The notes below the pieces were generated by a model. The model saw only the letters and a program-made list of their open reading frames with translations. It had not been told where the DNA came from and did no database searches. A program made the position numbers and the translations under genes. DNA of 64,000 bases from Azolla caroliniana (lineage: Eukaryota > Plantae > Polypodiophyta). Shown here piece by piece: positions 51,793-64,000 of this stretch (position 1 is the stretch's first letter; every line of letters starts with the position of its first letter). The stretch is from the NCBI GenBank assembly GCA_043228905.1, contig JBHGNT010000012.1, positions 11,408,001 to 11,472,000 on the forward strand, given 5' to 3'.

Positions 51793-52135
51793 TGGATAAT
51801 GATGAGGAGGATACTATTGACAATACCTCTCATGGTCATTCTATAAGAAGGACATGATCAATACAAGCGTTTTGAGAATTGGAATGAGATGTGTTGTTAT
51901 GCTCCATGCTTGTTGGACACGTAACAAGACATGTTGAGTAACAAGCTCAACGTGTCTATCGGCTTCGATGGATAATGATGAGGAGGATACTATCGACAAC
52001 ACCTCTCATGGTCATTATATAAGAAGCTCACGATCAATACAAGCGTTTTGAGAATTGGAATGAGATGTGTTGTTATCTTCCATGCTTGTTGGACACATAA
52101 CAAGACATGTTGAGTGACAAGCTCAACATGCTTGA
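51793..52135 (+). repeat. 176-bp tandem duplication spanning flank and LTR start
   Basis: Units start 51793 and 51969; each contains a TGTTGAGT.ACAAGCTCAAC LTR start (51932, 52108). Confidence 0.9.
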
Positions 52136-52390
52136 TCGGCCGGGAGCCGACAGGCCGTTAGATGCCTATACTCCTATTTTTAGTAATAGGAGTATAATAG
52201 GTAGTTAGTGTTATATGCTCACTTATGAGCATTAAATGACTTGTAAGTACTTGTGTCTGCCCACTATCAGGGCTTGTATATAAAGTGCTCTGTGAGCACA
52301 TTGTCTGTACCGAGTCTCATTTTTTGAATATAGAGTTTGTTGTCCGCTCACTCAGTCTTACTCTCCCTCTCTGTGTATCATCCATTGTTA
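52108..52390 (+). mobile_element. Copia B-related LTR, 3'-truncated
   Basis: TGTTGAGTGACAAGCTCAAC..GTATATAAAGTGCTCTGTGAGCAC. Confidence 0.75.
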
Positions 52391-52409
52391 CCCAACTAGG
52401 ATAACACAA

Positions 52410-52956
52410 TGTCGAATGTCCGGTCCTTTGGTGATTCGACTCAAGGTCTTGTGGTCAGGGATAAAGGGGAGTTCGCTTTGCTACGAACTTGTTCGATGAT
52501 TTCCAACTATAGAACTTAAGCGTGAATCGAAATGAGACTGTACGATTGTGGAGATGACAAGTTGGCTACAACCGACTGTGTACACGTGATTACGTAGAAC
52601 GTAAACTCAATATAGTTACTCAGAGTATCAGAGATAAACAAAATTCTATTAAGCGCAATGATACACAAATTTTCGATTAGCTTTACAAGCTTTCCATGGT
52701 GCTTTATATAGGCTCATAGATGGTTATGTCTTTTCGTGAACCATTACGATAATTCAATAGCTTTTCTATTTTTACGAATGTTTATTTCTCGCCTAATAAT
52801 TACTCGGCCCTACCCATTCCTTTTACTCTTTCTAACTGTCCTCCATCCTTTCTACACTTGGACGTCCAACCCGGCCAACATCCATCTCTGTGTTTACCGG
52901 CAAGGGTTCATGGGATTGTGACTCGGGAGGAGTCGTAGGCTACTGCGGTTGCAACA
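52410..52956 (-). mobile_element. Putative LTR of an unassigned element
   Basis: Minus strand TGTTGCAACC...TTCGACA preceded by purine-rich GGAGATGA; TATA-like motif; no second copy in window. Confidence 0.45.
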
Positions 52957-53069
52957 TCATCTCCAAGATTTCTTTGGTCGGCCATTGCTCAGTAATTTCT
53001 GCGTTGAGGAGGGGGTGTGAGGGTTGCTCGTCGGATTTGTTATTGGGGAGCGGTATTGTTTCCGGCGCC

Positions 53070-54492
53070 TTCTCAATGTCTTGCTCCTTTTTTGCCTCCA
53101 GATCCAGATCTATCCAAATCGGCGCGCTTCTTCCGGCACTCGCTTTCTCTGTGTCCCTTTTTACCATAGTACCAGCATTCCGTGTCGGCCTTTGCTTGCT
53201 GGCCTCCGGCGCCATCTTGACTCCCCCTGCTTGTGGAGGGTCCGGAATTGCTGTCGGCACGTTCCTTGTGCCTTCGGTCCTGCTCTTGCCGGCCGCTACC
53301 ATTGTGAGCCGACCTGCCTCGTCCACCACGCCCACGGGGCTGATCTGCCTCTGTGTACAACATCCGGCTGTTGGTGGGTGCACTTGTTGATGCACCGGTG
53401 TGGTTCTCCTCTACAAGGAGCATCGACTGTAAGTCGAAAAATGACAGCATATTCTCCCTTGTACATACCGCCGTTCGGAATGCTCTGAACTTAGACGCTA
53501 GGCCTCCAAGACAGATCTGCACCATCTCATCTTCCTCTATGTTCACGTTGACAGAGGCGAGTGAGTCGCAGATTTCTTTGATCTTGGTGGTGTAGTCAGC
53601 CACCGACATATCTCATTGTTGTACATTGCTAAACTCTTGCCTGAGTTGAAGCTTCCTAGTTGTAGTGCTTGCGGCGAAGATCTTTTTTAGGTTTCCCCAA
53701 GCTTCTTTGGGCTTCTTGGAGTCTCGAATATGGCTCAGCAGCTGGTCTCCGACACTGAACACAAAGTAGTACATCACTCTGCTTGCCGCTTGTTCCCACG
53801 TTGGAAAGTCCTTGTGTGTCGCATCATGTGTTGTGTCGTTAGATCCGTCAACATAGCTCTAGTAACCATGCCCAAGTAGGTACTGGTGCATCTTGTATGA
53901 CCAAGATGCATAGTTGGATCTGTCAAGCTTCTCCACCGGGAGGGAGCTAGCCATTCCTCTGTCCATTACTCCTCTTCCTGTTCTTACCGGTTCTTAAGGT
54001 TTGTCTTCAGATGTTGATGTCAGTTGTAGAGGTTCTCAACCCTCGCGCTCTGATACCATGTAAAAGATTATGTGTGGATAGCAATAGAGAGAGAGAAATT
54101 AACACACAGAGTGTACACAGGAGAGAGAGAGAGAGAGAGAGAGAGCAGAACGTTCAAAATCTATTCTAAACCAATAATAGTTCTCTGTACATAAAACGTG
54201 CTCAACAACACTATTTATACAAGTCCTTAAGTGGACTGACAGAAGTACCGCGTACTTCAATGCTCACTCGAGCGTTTGACACTAACTACAAGACTATTAA
54301 TTACCAAGTAGTTTAGGCTACTACTAGGCTTCCAATTACTGTTTGATACAACTAACCGGCTCCCCAGCTCACCGGCTCACTTGCTCACCGGCTCGTCGAT
54401 CTATCTCACCAATCCGGCTTCATCCTTCCAGATGCCGATCCGGCTCAGGCTTATTCAGCTAATCCGGATCCGGTTGACCTTGCCGCTCAACA
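53070..54492 (-). mobile_element. Copia family B 5' end (LTR 54059-54492, PBS, gag) inserted in another B copy
   Basis: TGGTATCAGAGC at 54058-54047; gag ORF 53073-53609. Confidence 0.9.
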
Positions 54493-56296
54493 TGAAGCAC
54501 CCAAGATGCGTGAACCGGACTTGCATCCCTTGGTCGACGATCTGCCTGACTGACACCAGATTCTTCGTGATTGTCGGGACGTGTAACACGTTCATGAGTT
54601 TCCCTTTTTTCCCGACATGGCTCAAGGGAACTTCATCGACATTCTCGATCGAATGCGGAGTGTCGTCTCCTGTTGCTATTACTCATGGTTGCATCGGTTT
54701 CTCAAGGTATGAGAACCACTCCTTATGGCTCGTCATGTGGTTTGACGCGCCGGAGTCAACATACCACACCTCGTCTGATTTTGGGGTGATCTTCTTCATT
54801 GAGTTCGCTCGTGTCTCGTCACGAAGGCTGCCCCCCTTTCCGAATTTTTCGGATCCTTCGGCGTAGTGCGATCATTGCCGATTTCCTTTGTCGGTTTGTC
54901 CGGATCCGGATCCGGTTTTGTCCGAATCAGCGCGGCGTGCTTCTTCCAGTAGTTGCTCTCCTTGTGGCCTTTCTTGCCATAGTACCAGCATTCCGTGACG
55001 GATTTCCCTTGCCGGTTCTCGTCACCTCGACTCCCCCTGTTTTCGGAGGGTCCGAAATTGCTGTCGGCATCATTTCGGTGCCTTCTTCCTTGATCCTGTC
55101 GGCCACCTCCATTGCGCACCGACTCGCCTCATCCGCCATGTCCACGGGGCCTATCTCCCTCTGTGTACAACATCTTGCTATCGGCGTGCGTACTCGTCGA
55201 CGCACCCACATGGTTCTCCTCTATAAGGAGCATCGACTGTAGGTCAAAAAACGACGATGTATTCTCTCGTGTGCACACAACAATTCGAAATGCTCCGAAC
55301 TTCGATGCCAGTCCCCCGAGACAGATCTGCACCATTTTGCCTTCCTCGACGTTCACATCGATGGAGGCTAAGGAGTCACATATATCTTTGATCTTCGAGG
55401 TGTAATCAGCCACTGACAAATCGCGTTGTCGCAAGTTGCTCAACTCCTGTTGGAGTTGAAGATTTCTAATTGTGGTGCTTGTGTTGAAAATCTCTTTCAG
55501 ATTTCCCCAAGCATCCTTTGGCATTTTTGCATCCCGAATATAGCTCAGAAGCTGTTCACCCACACAAGATGCGAAGCAGTAGAGAACTCTGCTCGCCAAT
55601 TGTTCGCAAGCCGGGAAATCTCTGTGTGTCGAATCAGGTGATGTGTCATTTGCCTTGTTGTGATAGCTCCAATATCCATGCCCGAGTAGGTACTGGTGCA
55701 ACTTGTACGACCAAGACGCGTAGTTGTTTCTGTCGAGCTTCTCGGTCGGAAGCGAGCTAGCCATGCCTCTATCCATTTTGTTCTTTTTTCCTGTTCTTTA
55801 CGAAGGTTAGGTTTTCTTCTCGAGCTAAAGTCGGCTGCAGAGGTTCTAAAACCTCGCGCTATGATACCATGTAAAAAGAACAACGTGCGGAAGCAACAGA
55901 AAACTGAACGTAGGAAAAACACAAGTTTAATGGAAAGATTGGAGTCACACAGTATGCGGGAGAGACAGAGAGAGAGAGGCAATACACACAACTGTATTCA
56001 AAAAATAATACTTAGTCTGTACATAGGATGTGCTCAATGAGCACTTTTATACAAGTCCATACGGACTGACAAAAGTACTGACGTGTATTTCAATGCTCAT
56101 AACTGAGCTCTACACTAACTCCCAAAATATATTCCTACGCGGAATATCTTTCCAACGGCCTCGCGATTTACGCACCGCTACGGCTTCTCATTGCGCACCG
56201 GTTTATGCACCGGTCTGGCCTAACCGATCGGTCCCAATTGATCCGGTTCTCGGCTTGCACAACCGATCCATCCAATGTTGAGCTTGTATCTCAACA
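54493..56296 (-). mobile_element. Copia family B 5' end (LTR 55870-56296, PBS, gag, protease)
   Basis: MDRGMASSLPTEKLDRNNYASW; WYVDSGASNHM; PBS TGGTATCATAGC. Confidence 0.9.
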
Positions 56297-56602
56297 AAAT
56301 GAAACAAAGAAATGGTAAATGGAGAGTACACAAGGAAATACACATGATGTTTATGTGGAAAACCCTAAATGGGAAAAACCACGGGAGCCCACAAACTCCA
56401 ACTATCACTATATGAGAAAGGTACACTCAGACCCTCGGAGGCAATGACCTCGAGCTCTGTATCTACGCCAATCGGCGGTTACAACAGAGTATTTCTCTGT
56501 ATCTTACACACACACACACTCTCTCTCTCTGCCACTCTCTATACAACAATTACAACAATATGACAACGACACATATATGATTGCCCTAAGTCATATTTAT
56601 AC
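56297..56602 (-). mobile_element. Distal part of Tork-like LTR; continuation of 61021-61207
   Basis: Reverse complement starts GTATAAATATGACTTAGGGCAA, as in LTR 5336-6020. Confidence 0.85.
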
Positions 56603-58686
56603 TGTTGAGAGACAAGCTCAACATCGATTGGATCGGCTGAGCAAGCCAAGGACCGGATCGGTACCGGTATGCAGACCGGTGCGTAAGAAGGCTGGATCAG
56701 TGCAGAAATCGGGAGGCCATCAGAAAGATATTCCGCAAGGAATATATTTGGGAGTTAGTGTAGGGGCTCCTTAATGAGCATTGAAGTACTGTTAGTACTT
56801 CTGTCAGTTTGAAAAGGACTTGTATAAAAGTGTTCATTGAACACACACGATGTACAGATCGAGTATTATGTTTGAATTAAGTTCATGTGTTTACTCTCTC
56901 TCTATCTCACCCGTGCGTACTGTGCAAACCTAAGCTTGCCATTGAACCTATATTTTCTTTGTGTTCGTCTTTTCTATTGCTTTCGCACATAATCTTTCAC
57001 ATGGTATCAGAGTGTGAGGGTTGAGAACCTCTGCAGCCGACATTGCTTGAAGGAAAAACCAACGAAGAAGAACAAGAAAACCGATGGACAGAGGAATGGC
57101 TAGCTCGCTTCCGACAGAGAAGCTTGATAGAACCAACTACGCATCTTGGTCCTACAAGATGCACCAATACCTTCTTGGGCACGATTATTGGAGCTATGTC
57201 GAAGGAGCGAATGACGCGACACCCGAATCTACACACAAAGACTTCTCGGCGTGGGAACAATCGGTGAGCAGAGTGTTGTACTGTTTCGCGTCTTGTGTGG
57301 GCGAACAACTATAAAGCTACGTTCGGGATGCAAAAACGCTGAAGGGTGCATGGGAAAATCTGAAGAAAATCTTCGCTGCGAGCACCATAGCCAAGAAGCT
57401 TCAGCTCCGATAGGAGTTGAGCAACCTACGACAACGCGATTTGTCGGTGGCTGACTATACCTCGAAGATCAAGGACATATGCGACTCCTTAGCTTCCATC
57501 GATGTGAACATCGAGGAAAGCGAGATGGTTCAGGTCTGTCTCGGGGGTTTGGCGTCGAAGTTTGGGGCGTTCCGAATTGTTGTGTGTACCCAGGAGAATA
57601 CGCCGTCCTTTTTCGACTTACAGTCGATGCTCCTGGTAGAGGAGAACCACGCAGGTGCGTCAACGAGCACGCACACCGATAACAAGATGTTGTACACGGA
57701 GGGAGATAGGCCCCATAGACGTGGAGGACGAGGCAAGTCGGTGCGCAATGGAGGCGGCCGACGAGATCAAGGAAGGAGGCACCGAAATGATGCCGACAGC
57801 AATTCCGGACCCTTCGGAAACAGGGGGAGTCGAGGCGATGAGAACCGGCAAGGGAAACCCGCCACAGAATACTGGTACTGTGGCAAGAAAGGCCACAAGG
57901 AGAGTGAGTGCTGGAAAAAGCTCGCCGAGTCGGAGAGGACCAGTTTCAAATCTGGTTCCGGACATACCGACAAACAAAACGGGCATCGATCGCACTATGC
58001 CGAAGGATCCGGAAAAGCCGGAAAAGGGTCTGTCTTCGTGACGAGACACGAAGCAAACTCAATGAAGCAGACCACCCCGAAATCGGACGAGGTGTGGTAC
58101 GTCGACTTCGGCGCGTCAAATCACATGACGTGCCATAAGGGGTGGTTCTCATACCTAGAAAAACCGATGCAACCGGGAGTGGTCGCAACCGGAGATGACA
58201 CTCCGCATCCGATCGCAAATGTCGGAGAAGTTCCCCTGAGCCATGTCGGGCAGAAAGGGAAACTCATGAACGTGCTACACGTTTCGACAATCACGAAAAA
58301 CTTGGTGTCGGTCGGACAGATCATCAATCAAGGGATGGAGGTCCGGTTTACACACCTTGGGTGCTTCATTGAGGAAGAAGGCCGTGTTATTGCGCAAGGG
58401 CACAGAGATGGGAGGATGTTCATCCTTAACTCCACTGACGGTGGCACCGCAATGTTCGCAAAGGGACAAAAAGTCGAGTCGGACATTGACTTATGGCACA
58501 AGCGGATAGGCCACGTCAACTACCAGCGGCTTCAAGACCTGCAATCGAAACAAGTGGTGTTCGGATTGCCCAAATTTAGTGGCCGGAAGGCACAAATTTG
58601 TGAAGCCTGCCAGCTTGGGAAGCAGCACCGACTTCCTTTCCCCAATGAGCGTAACCGGAGCCGGAACAAGCTCGACTTGATACACT
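56603..58686 (+). mobile_element. Copia B3 5' half (LTR 56603-57001, PBS, gag, PR, GAG-pre-integrase)
   Basis: 399-bp LTR; TGGTATCAGAG; ORFs 57084-57314 and 57417-58688 ending NKLDLIH. Confidence 0.93.
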
Positions 58687-61207
58687 AGGGAACATCGGAA
58701 ATCACGATAAGTGAAGAAGAATTGATGCTCATTATTGAAGAGAATGAGTTAAACCTTGTCGGCGACGAGACAACGTGGTTTGTCGATTCCGGAGCGTCAT
58801 TCCACCTGACACCGGATCGGTAATGCTTCTCATCTTACACAACCGGTGATCATGGTTGTGTCCGGATGGGGAATGAAGGGACATGCCGAATTATCAGCAT
58901 AGGAGATGTGTTGTTGACAACATCAACCGAATGCAAGTTGTTGTTGAAGGATGTCTGACACGTTCCGGAGGTTCGACTGAACCTGATATCAGCCGGTCGG
59001 CTAGATGATGAAGGCTACACGGGTAGCATCCGGAACGGAGTTATGAAGTTCAACAAAGGGAGCCTAATAGTGGCCCAAGCTCGGAAGGTCAACACATTGT
59101 ACATGATGCATGCCCGGATATGCTGGGAAGAAGTGAACCTAACATCCGACACTATCGGTGAGCTATGGCACAAAAGACTGTGTCACATGAGTGAGAAGGG
59201 GATGAAGAGGCTTGCCGAAGACAACCTCATTCCGGTGAAGGACGTGCACCTTGAGAAGTGCACCGATTGCTTGGCTGGCAAGCAAAACCGAACCTCCTTC
59301 CGGTCAAGACCACCGATGAGACCGAATGCACCATTTGAGTTGGTGCATACCGATGTGTGTCAAGTGGACACGAAGTCACATGCCGGATCTCAGTACTTCG
59401 TGATGTTCATAGATGACCACAACCGGCAGCTGTGGGCCTCGCTGTTGAAGACAAAGGATTTGGTATTATCCATCTTCAAGGAGCTCCACGTGAGAGTGGA
59501 AAGAGAAACCGGCCGGAAGCTGAAGGCGGTTCGAGTAGATAACAGAGGAGAATACCGGGGGCAGTTCGAGGAGTACTGCCAGTTGAAGGGAATCCGACTC
59601 GAATTTACCATGCCCAAGACGCTGGAATTGAACAGGTTGGCCGAAAGAATGAACTGGACCATAATGGAGAGAGTTCCGAGCATGCTCACACATGCCAAGC
59701 TACCCAAGAAGTTTTGGGATGAGGTGCTGACAACGGAGACCTATGTGATAAACAAATCACCCTCAGTACCCTTGGGAGGAGACTCAGCTCAGAAAGTATG
59801 AACCGGTAAAGATGTCTCTTACTGGCATCTAAAGGTTATCGGGTGTCTTGCATACGTGCATATGGCGAAGGACAAGAGAGCAAAGCTGGATCCGAAGTCC
59901 AGGCCATGCATATTCCTTGGATACAGTGATCATGAGTTCCGTTACCGGGTGTGGGATCTGGTCGACAAGAAGGTGTTCCGAAGTTAGGACATAGTCTTCA
60001 TGGAAGATAGGACCATTGCTGACAAGGAGTCGAAGAAGAAGATGATCAACTCCCGATCATCCAATGAAAACCGATTTGAGGACACAAGACCTACTTGGTT
60101 GAAAACTGGATGTTGGCTGGTAACCGGATGACACTCGACGAACCGGCCGGATACGGACAAGAAACCGAATTGACCGAAGAAGAAGAAGAAGAAGAAGAAG
60201 ACACTGGAACCGGACAAGATCCCGAATCGGATTTGGATTTGGAACAAACGGAGGAACTGGTAGTAAGAAGCCAAGGACGGAGATATCCTCTCCGAGAGAG
60301 AAGAGCCCCCCGGAGATTTCCGGATGCAGAGCATGTGTTGCTAACCGATGAGGGGGAGTCGGAAAGCTTCGAAGCAGCAAAGAGAGACACCCACTGCCGC
60401 AAGTGGTTGAGTGCCATGCAGGATGAGATGGATTCCCTGCATGAGAACCACACGTATGAATTGACGGAGTTGCCAAAAGGGAAGAGAGCACTCCGAAACA
60501 AGTGGGTGTACAAGCTGAAACCGGGAGACACCGGGAATCCACCAAGGTATAAGGCCCGAATCGTGGTAAAGGGATTCCAGCAGAAGAAAGGAGTGGATTT
60601 CGACGAGATCTTTGCCCCAGTAGTAAAGTTGACTTCCATCCGGATGGTGCTGAGCATAGCGGCAAGCATGGACCTCAAGGTAGAGCAACTAGACGTCAAG
60701 ACAATGTTCCTCCATGGTAACCTCGAAGAGGAGATCTACATGCAGCAATTGGAAGAATTCGTGAAGAAAGGGAAGGAGCACCTAGTATGTCAGCTGAAGA
60801 AGAGCTTATACGGCCTACCATTCCCGGACGAAACATATCCAGCGGAGGTACCACTAGATCCGAGAGAGAGTAGAAGATCAAGAGTTTGTGTTGACGAAGA
60901 TCCACACAGAGGAGAATGGGTCAGACATGTTGACCAAGGTCCTGACAACCGACAAGCTAGACACGTGCCAAAAGTGGATCCGGCTGACAAGACATCCCAT
61001 GCTGGAGTGAAGGGGGAGATTGTTGGGAAATTGGTCCCTCTGGATGGAATCCGGTGATTAATAAAGAGGACCCGGTGAGAACCAAAAGAGATCCGGAAAC
61101 CGGAGGAGACTTGGTGAGAACCGGAAGAGAAGACATATCTGTAAATATGTTTTGAGTAAGCCTATTGAGGCTATATTTGTAAATAACCCTAAGTTCATAT
61201 AAGTATA
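58687..61207 (+). mobile_element. Tork-like copia (PR, INT, partial RT with about 0.9-kb deletion near 60813, RH end, PPT, LTR start 61021)
   Basis: FVDSGAS; HTDVC; YKARIVVKGF; GTGAAGGGGGAGAT-TGTTGGG. Confidence 0.92.
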
Positions 61208-64000
61208 TGTGAAAGATTATGTGCGGAAGCAATAGAAAAGACGAATACATAGAAAATACAGGTTCAATGGAAAGCTTAGGTTTGCACAGTACGCACGGGA
61301 GAGACAGAGAGAGAGTAAACACATGAACTTAATTCAAAAATAATACTTGATCTGTACATCGTGTGTGTTCAATGAAAACTTTTATACAAGTCCTTTTCAG
61401 ACTGACAGAAGTACTGACAGTACTTCAATGCTCATTAAGGAGCCCCTACACTAACTCCCAAATATATTCCTTGCGGAATATCTTTCTGATGGCCTCCTGG
61501 TTTCTGCACTGATCCGGCCTTCCTACGCACCGGTCTGCGTACCAGTATCGATCCGGTCCTTGGCTTGCTCAGCTGATCCGGCCGATGTTGAGCTTGTCTC
61601 TCAACACTCCTCCTCAAGATCAACTTGAGGCTCTTCGGGATCTTCCGGATCACCGCTCCGGTTCCTCCTGGCTCCACGCCTCGCTCGTGCTCCTCGGCCT
61701 GTTCGACTTCGCATGCTTCGACCCTTCCGGTCGGCTTCTCTGCTCCCACGGCCCTTCACAGCTCCCTTGCTATCGCGGTGTTGGCGCTTCTCCTGCTGCC
61801 TTCTTTTCCGCTTGGCCCTCAGTTGATTCAGTGTATCTGAATCAAACATCCGAACTGACTCGGCTACCTCCGATCGGTTTTTGCTCTCGTCCGAGTTGGC
61901 TGTCTCCAACTCGTCTTCGGTCTTCTCGCCCTTGATGGCGTCATCTCCCCCATGCTTGGTTGGCTTCAGCTCTTTCTTTCGGCCACTCGCCTTATGTCCG
62001 CTTTTGGACTCTTCCGCGGATCCGCCCTCGGCTTCTTTAGCCGATCCGAAGTCGAATTTGTCATCCGACTCGATTCCGCTCCCTTCCTGCTCCCTTGCTC
62101 GGTCTTTCGAGACTATTCTCCCCCTCAAGTTTGGCACGTTGAGGTGACACAACCCAAGCGCACCCGAGAATTTCCGCAACTTGTCCAGACCAAGGGGCTT
62201 GGTGAAGATGTCGGCAGTTTGCCGATCCGTCGGAACATACTGAAGTTCGACTTCACCAGAAAGGACACGCTCACAGACAAAATGGTAGTGCACCTCAATG
62301 TGCTTGGTCCGTGCGTGGAAAACGAGGTTCTTCGTGAGCTAGATGTTGCTGGGGTTGTCGTAGTAGATCGTCGTCGGATCAGACACCTCCTCTTGCAGGT
62401 TCTTAAGTAGCCGCTTCAACCAAATGGCTTCGCATGTCGCGACAGCCGCTCCTCGGTACTCAGCTTCGGTGCTCGACAATGCAACTGTTGGTTGCTTCTT
62501 AGTGCTCCACGCTATCGTGGCACTCCCAAGAGAGAACGCGTATTCGGACGTGGATCGGCGATCGGCGGCGCTGCCAGCCCAATCAGCATCATACGTACGT
62601 ACCGCAGTCCCCGGTCCCTAGTGCCGCTTACGTCAGTACGCGTTGCGCACACTGAAGGTGCTCCTCGGTAGGTCGCACCATGAACTGACTGATCACCCCG
62701 ACCGGATAACTGAGATCAAGTCAGGTGATTGTCAAGTAGATAAGGCTTCCAACAATTTGTTGGAACCTCGTCGGGTCGCATAACTTTCCGGAATTGGGGC
62801 GAAGCTTGATGGTTCTATCCAAGGGAGTCGAGACAGACTTATAGTCGGCCATCCCGAATTTGAAGAGCATACTCAGCATATAATGGCGTTGGTTGATCAA
62901 TATGCCTTCGGGGGTACGAATCACTTCGATCCTGAGGAAGTAATGAAGATCCCCCAGATCCTTCATGTCGAACAATGCCGCAAGCTGGAGCTTCACAGTC
63001 GATTTCTCCTAGGTCGGTGCCTGTGATGACCAAGTCATCAACATATAGTAAAATACTGACCGGACCGAGTCGACCTTTCTGGATGAACAGTGAGGAGTCC
63101 AGTTTTGACGTCGCAAAGCCCATCCAACGCAGTCGTTGTGTGATCTTCGCGTTCCAGGCACACGGGGCTTGCTTTAGTCCATAAAGGGACTTCTTCAATC
63201 GGCACAATGTCGACGTGTTCGTTCCGGAGTGAAATCTGGGGGGCTGTACCATGTACACCTGTTCCTCAAGCTCACCTTGCAGGAACGCATTCTTTATATC
63301 CATCTGATGTAAGTGCCACCCCTTTGCCGCAGCTATCGCGAGCAAAACACGGACGGTCGTCATCTCCGCGACCGGCGCAAACGTCTCATCGTAGTCGATG
63401 GCATGTTTTTGCGCATAGCCTTTTGCCACTAACCGGGCCTTGTATTGGTTGACCGAGCCGTCGGTGTTGTACTTGACCTTGTACACCCACCTACATCCGA
63501 TCGGCTTCACACCCTTCGATGCATCAACCAGGTCCCAGGTCTCGTTTTCCGCCAATGCGTGCATCTCTTCCTCCATCGCGGCGCGCCAATTTACGTCCTT
63601 AGCTGCTTCTGCGTAGCTCTCCGGCTCACGCACTTCCGCTACACGGGTCATGTACGCAGAATGATGCACCATGTACTCGTTGTATCCGAACCGCACAACT
63701 GGGTTTTTCTGGCAGGTAGATCAGCGTAATCGGTCATTAGCTGATGTCGAGGTCTTCTCAGCCGACACGGACTTTGCTCTTGAAGACCCGTCACCGCTTC
63801 CCTCGAGGTCGGACTCGCGTCGGTCTGACTCGTTCCTATCTGTGCCGGAATCCGACACCTTCTTCTTCCCTTTCTCTTTGCGCGTAAGCCGTCTCCTCGG
63901 CTTCCTGCGCAGGGAATGCACGACCGAGTCTCCACTACTCGCCGGCTCTTCATTGGATTGGTCGAACCGACTTAGTCGTCCATTCGGTCCACTTAACCGA
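61208..64000 (-). mobile_element. Copia B3 3' half (RT, RNase H, 3' extension, PPT, 3' LTR 61208-61606)
   Basis: 399-bp LTR nearly identical to 56603-57001; YKARLVAKG, QMDIKNAFL, LYVDDLVI, TKHIEVHYHF. Confidence 0.93.

Noticed and set aside
6625-54493. B fragment starting at 6625 as the missing half of B at 54493-56296
   Set aside because: They overlap in the QIVDQG..CF region, so they are different copies

Overview
This is a eukaryotic (land-plant) window. The Tcn1-type chromoviruses and fungal-like Ty3/gypsy elements suggest a non-seed plant such as a fern (inference). About 80% of it is a nest of decayed LTR retrotransposons: Ty1/copia families I label A' (MASTSG gag), B (KLDRNNYASW gag), C (LTR only) and a Tork/Tnt1-like family, plus three Ty3/gypsy groups. 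There is also an L1-like LINE with a 17-bp TSD. One intact host gene is present: a 3-exon KINESIN LIGHT CHAIN-RELATED (KLCR/CMU-type TPR) gene on the minus strand at 47612-43222, about 1007 aa. Only one LTR element is structurally complete (15353-20780, TSD GGTCT), and its gag-pol has stops and frameshifts. Three observations stand out. (1) Two retrotransposons are split into halves lying in opposite orientations with matching TSDs, which indicates two multi-kb inversions or mis-joins (breaks near 25245/36151 and 58687). (2) Many fragment junctions carry templated direct or snap-back inserts and microhomology, the pattern expected of polymerase-theta end joining. (3) A tRNA-spaced A-box/B-box cassette sits antisense just inside a chromovirus LTR, with related heads upstream of the gene. 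Lineage names and percent identities are by-eye estimates; no searches were run.
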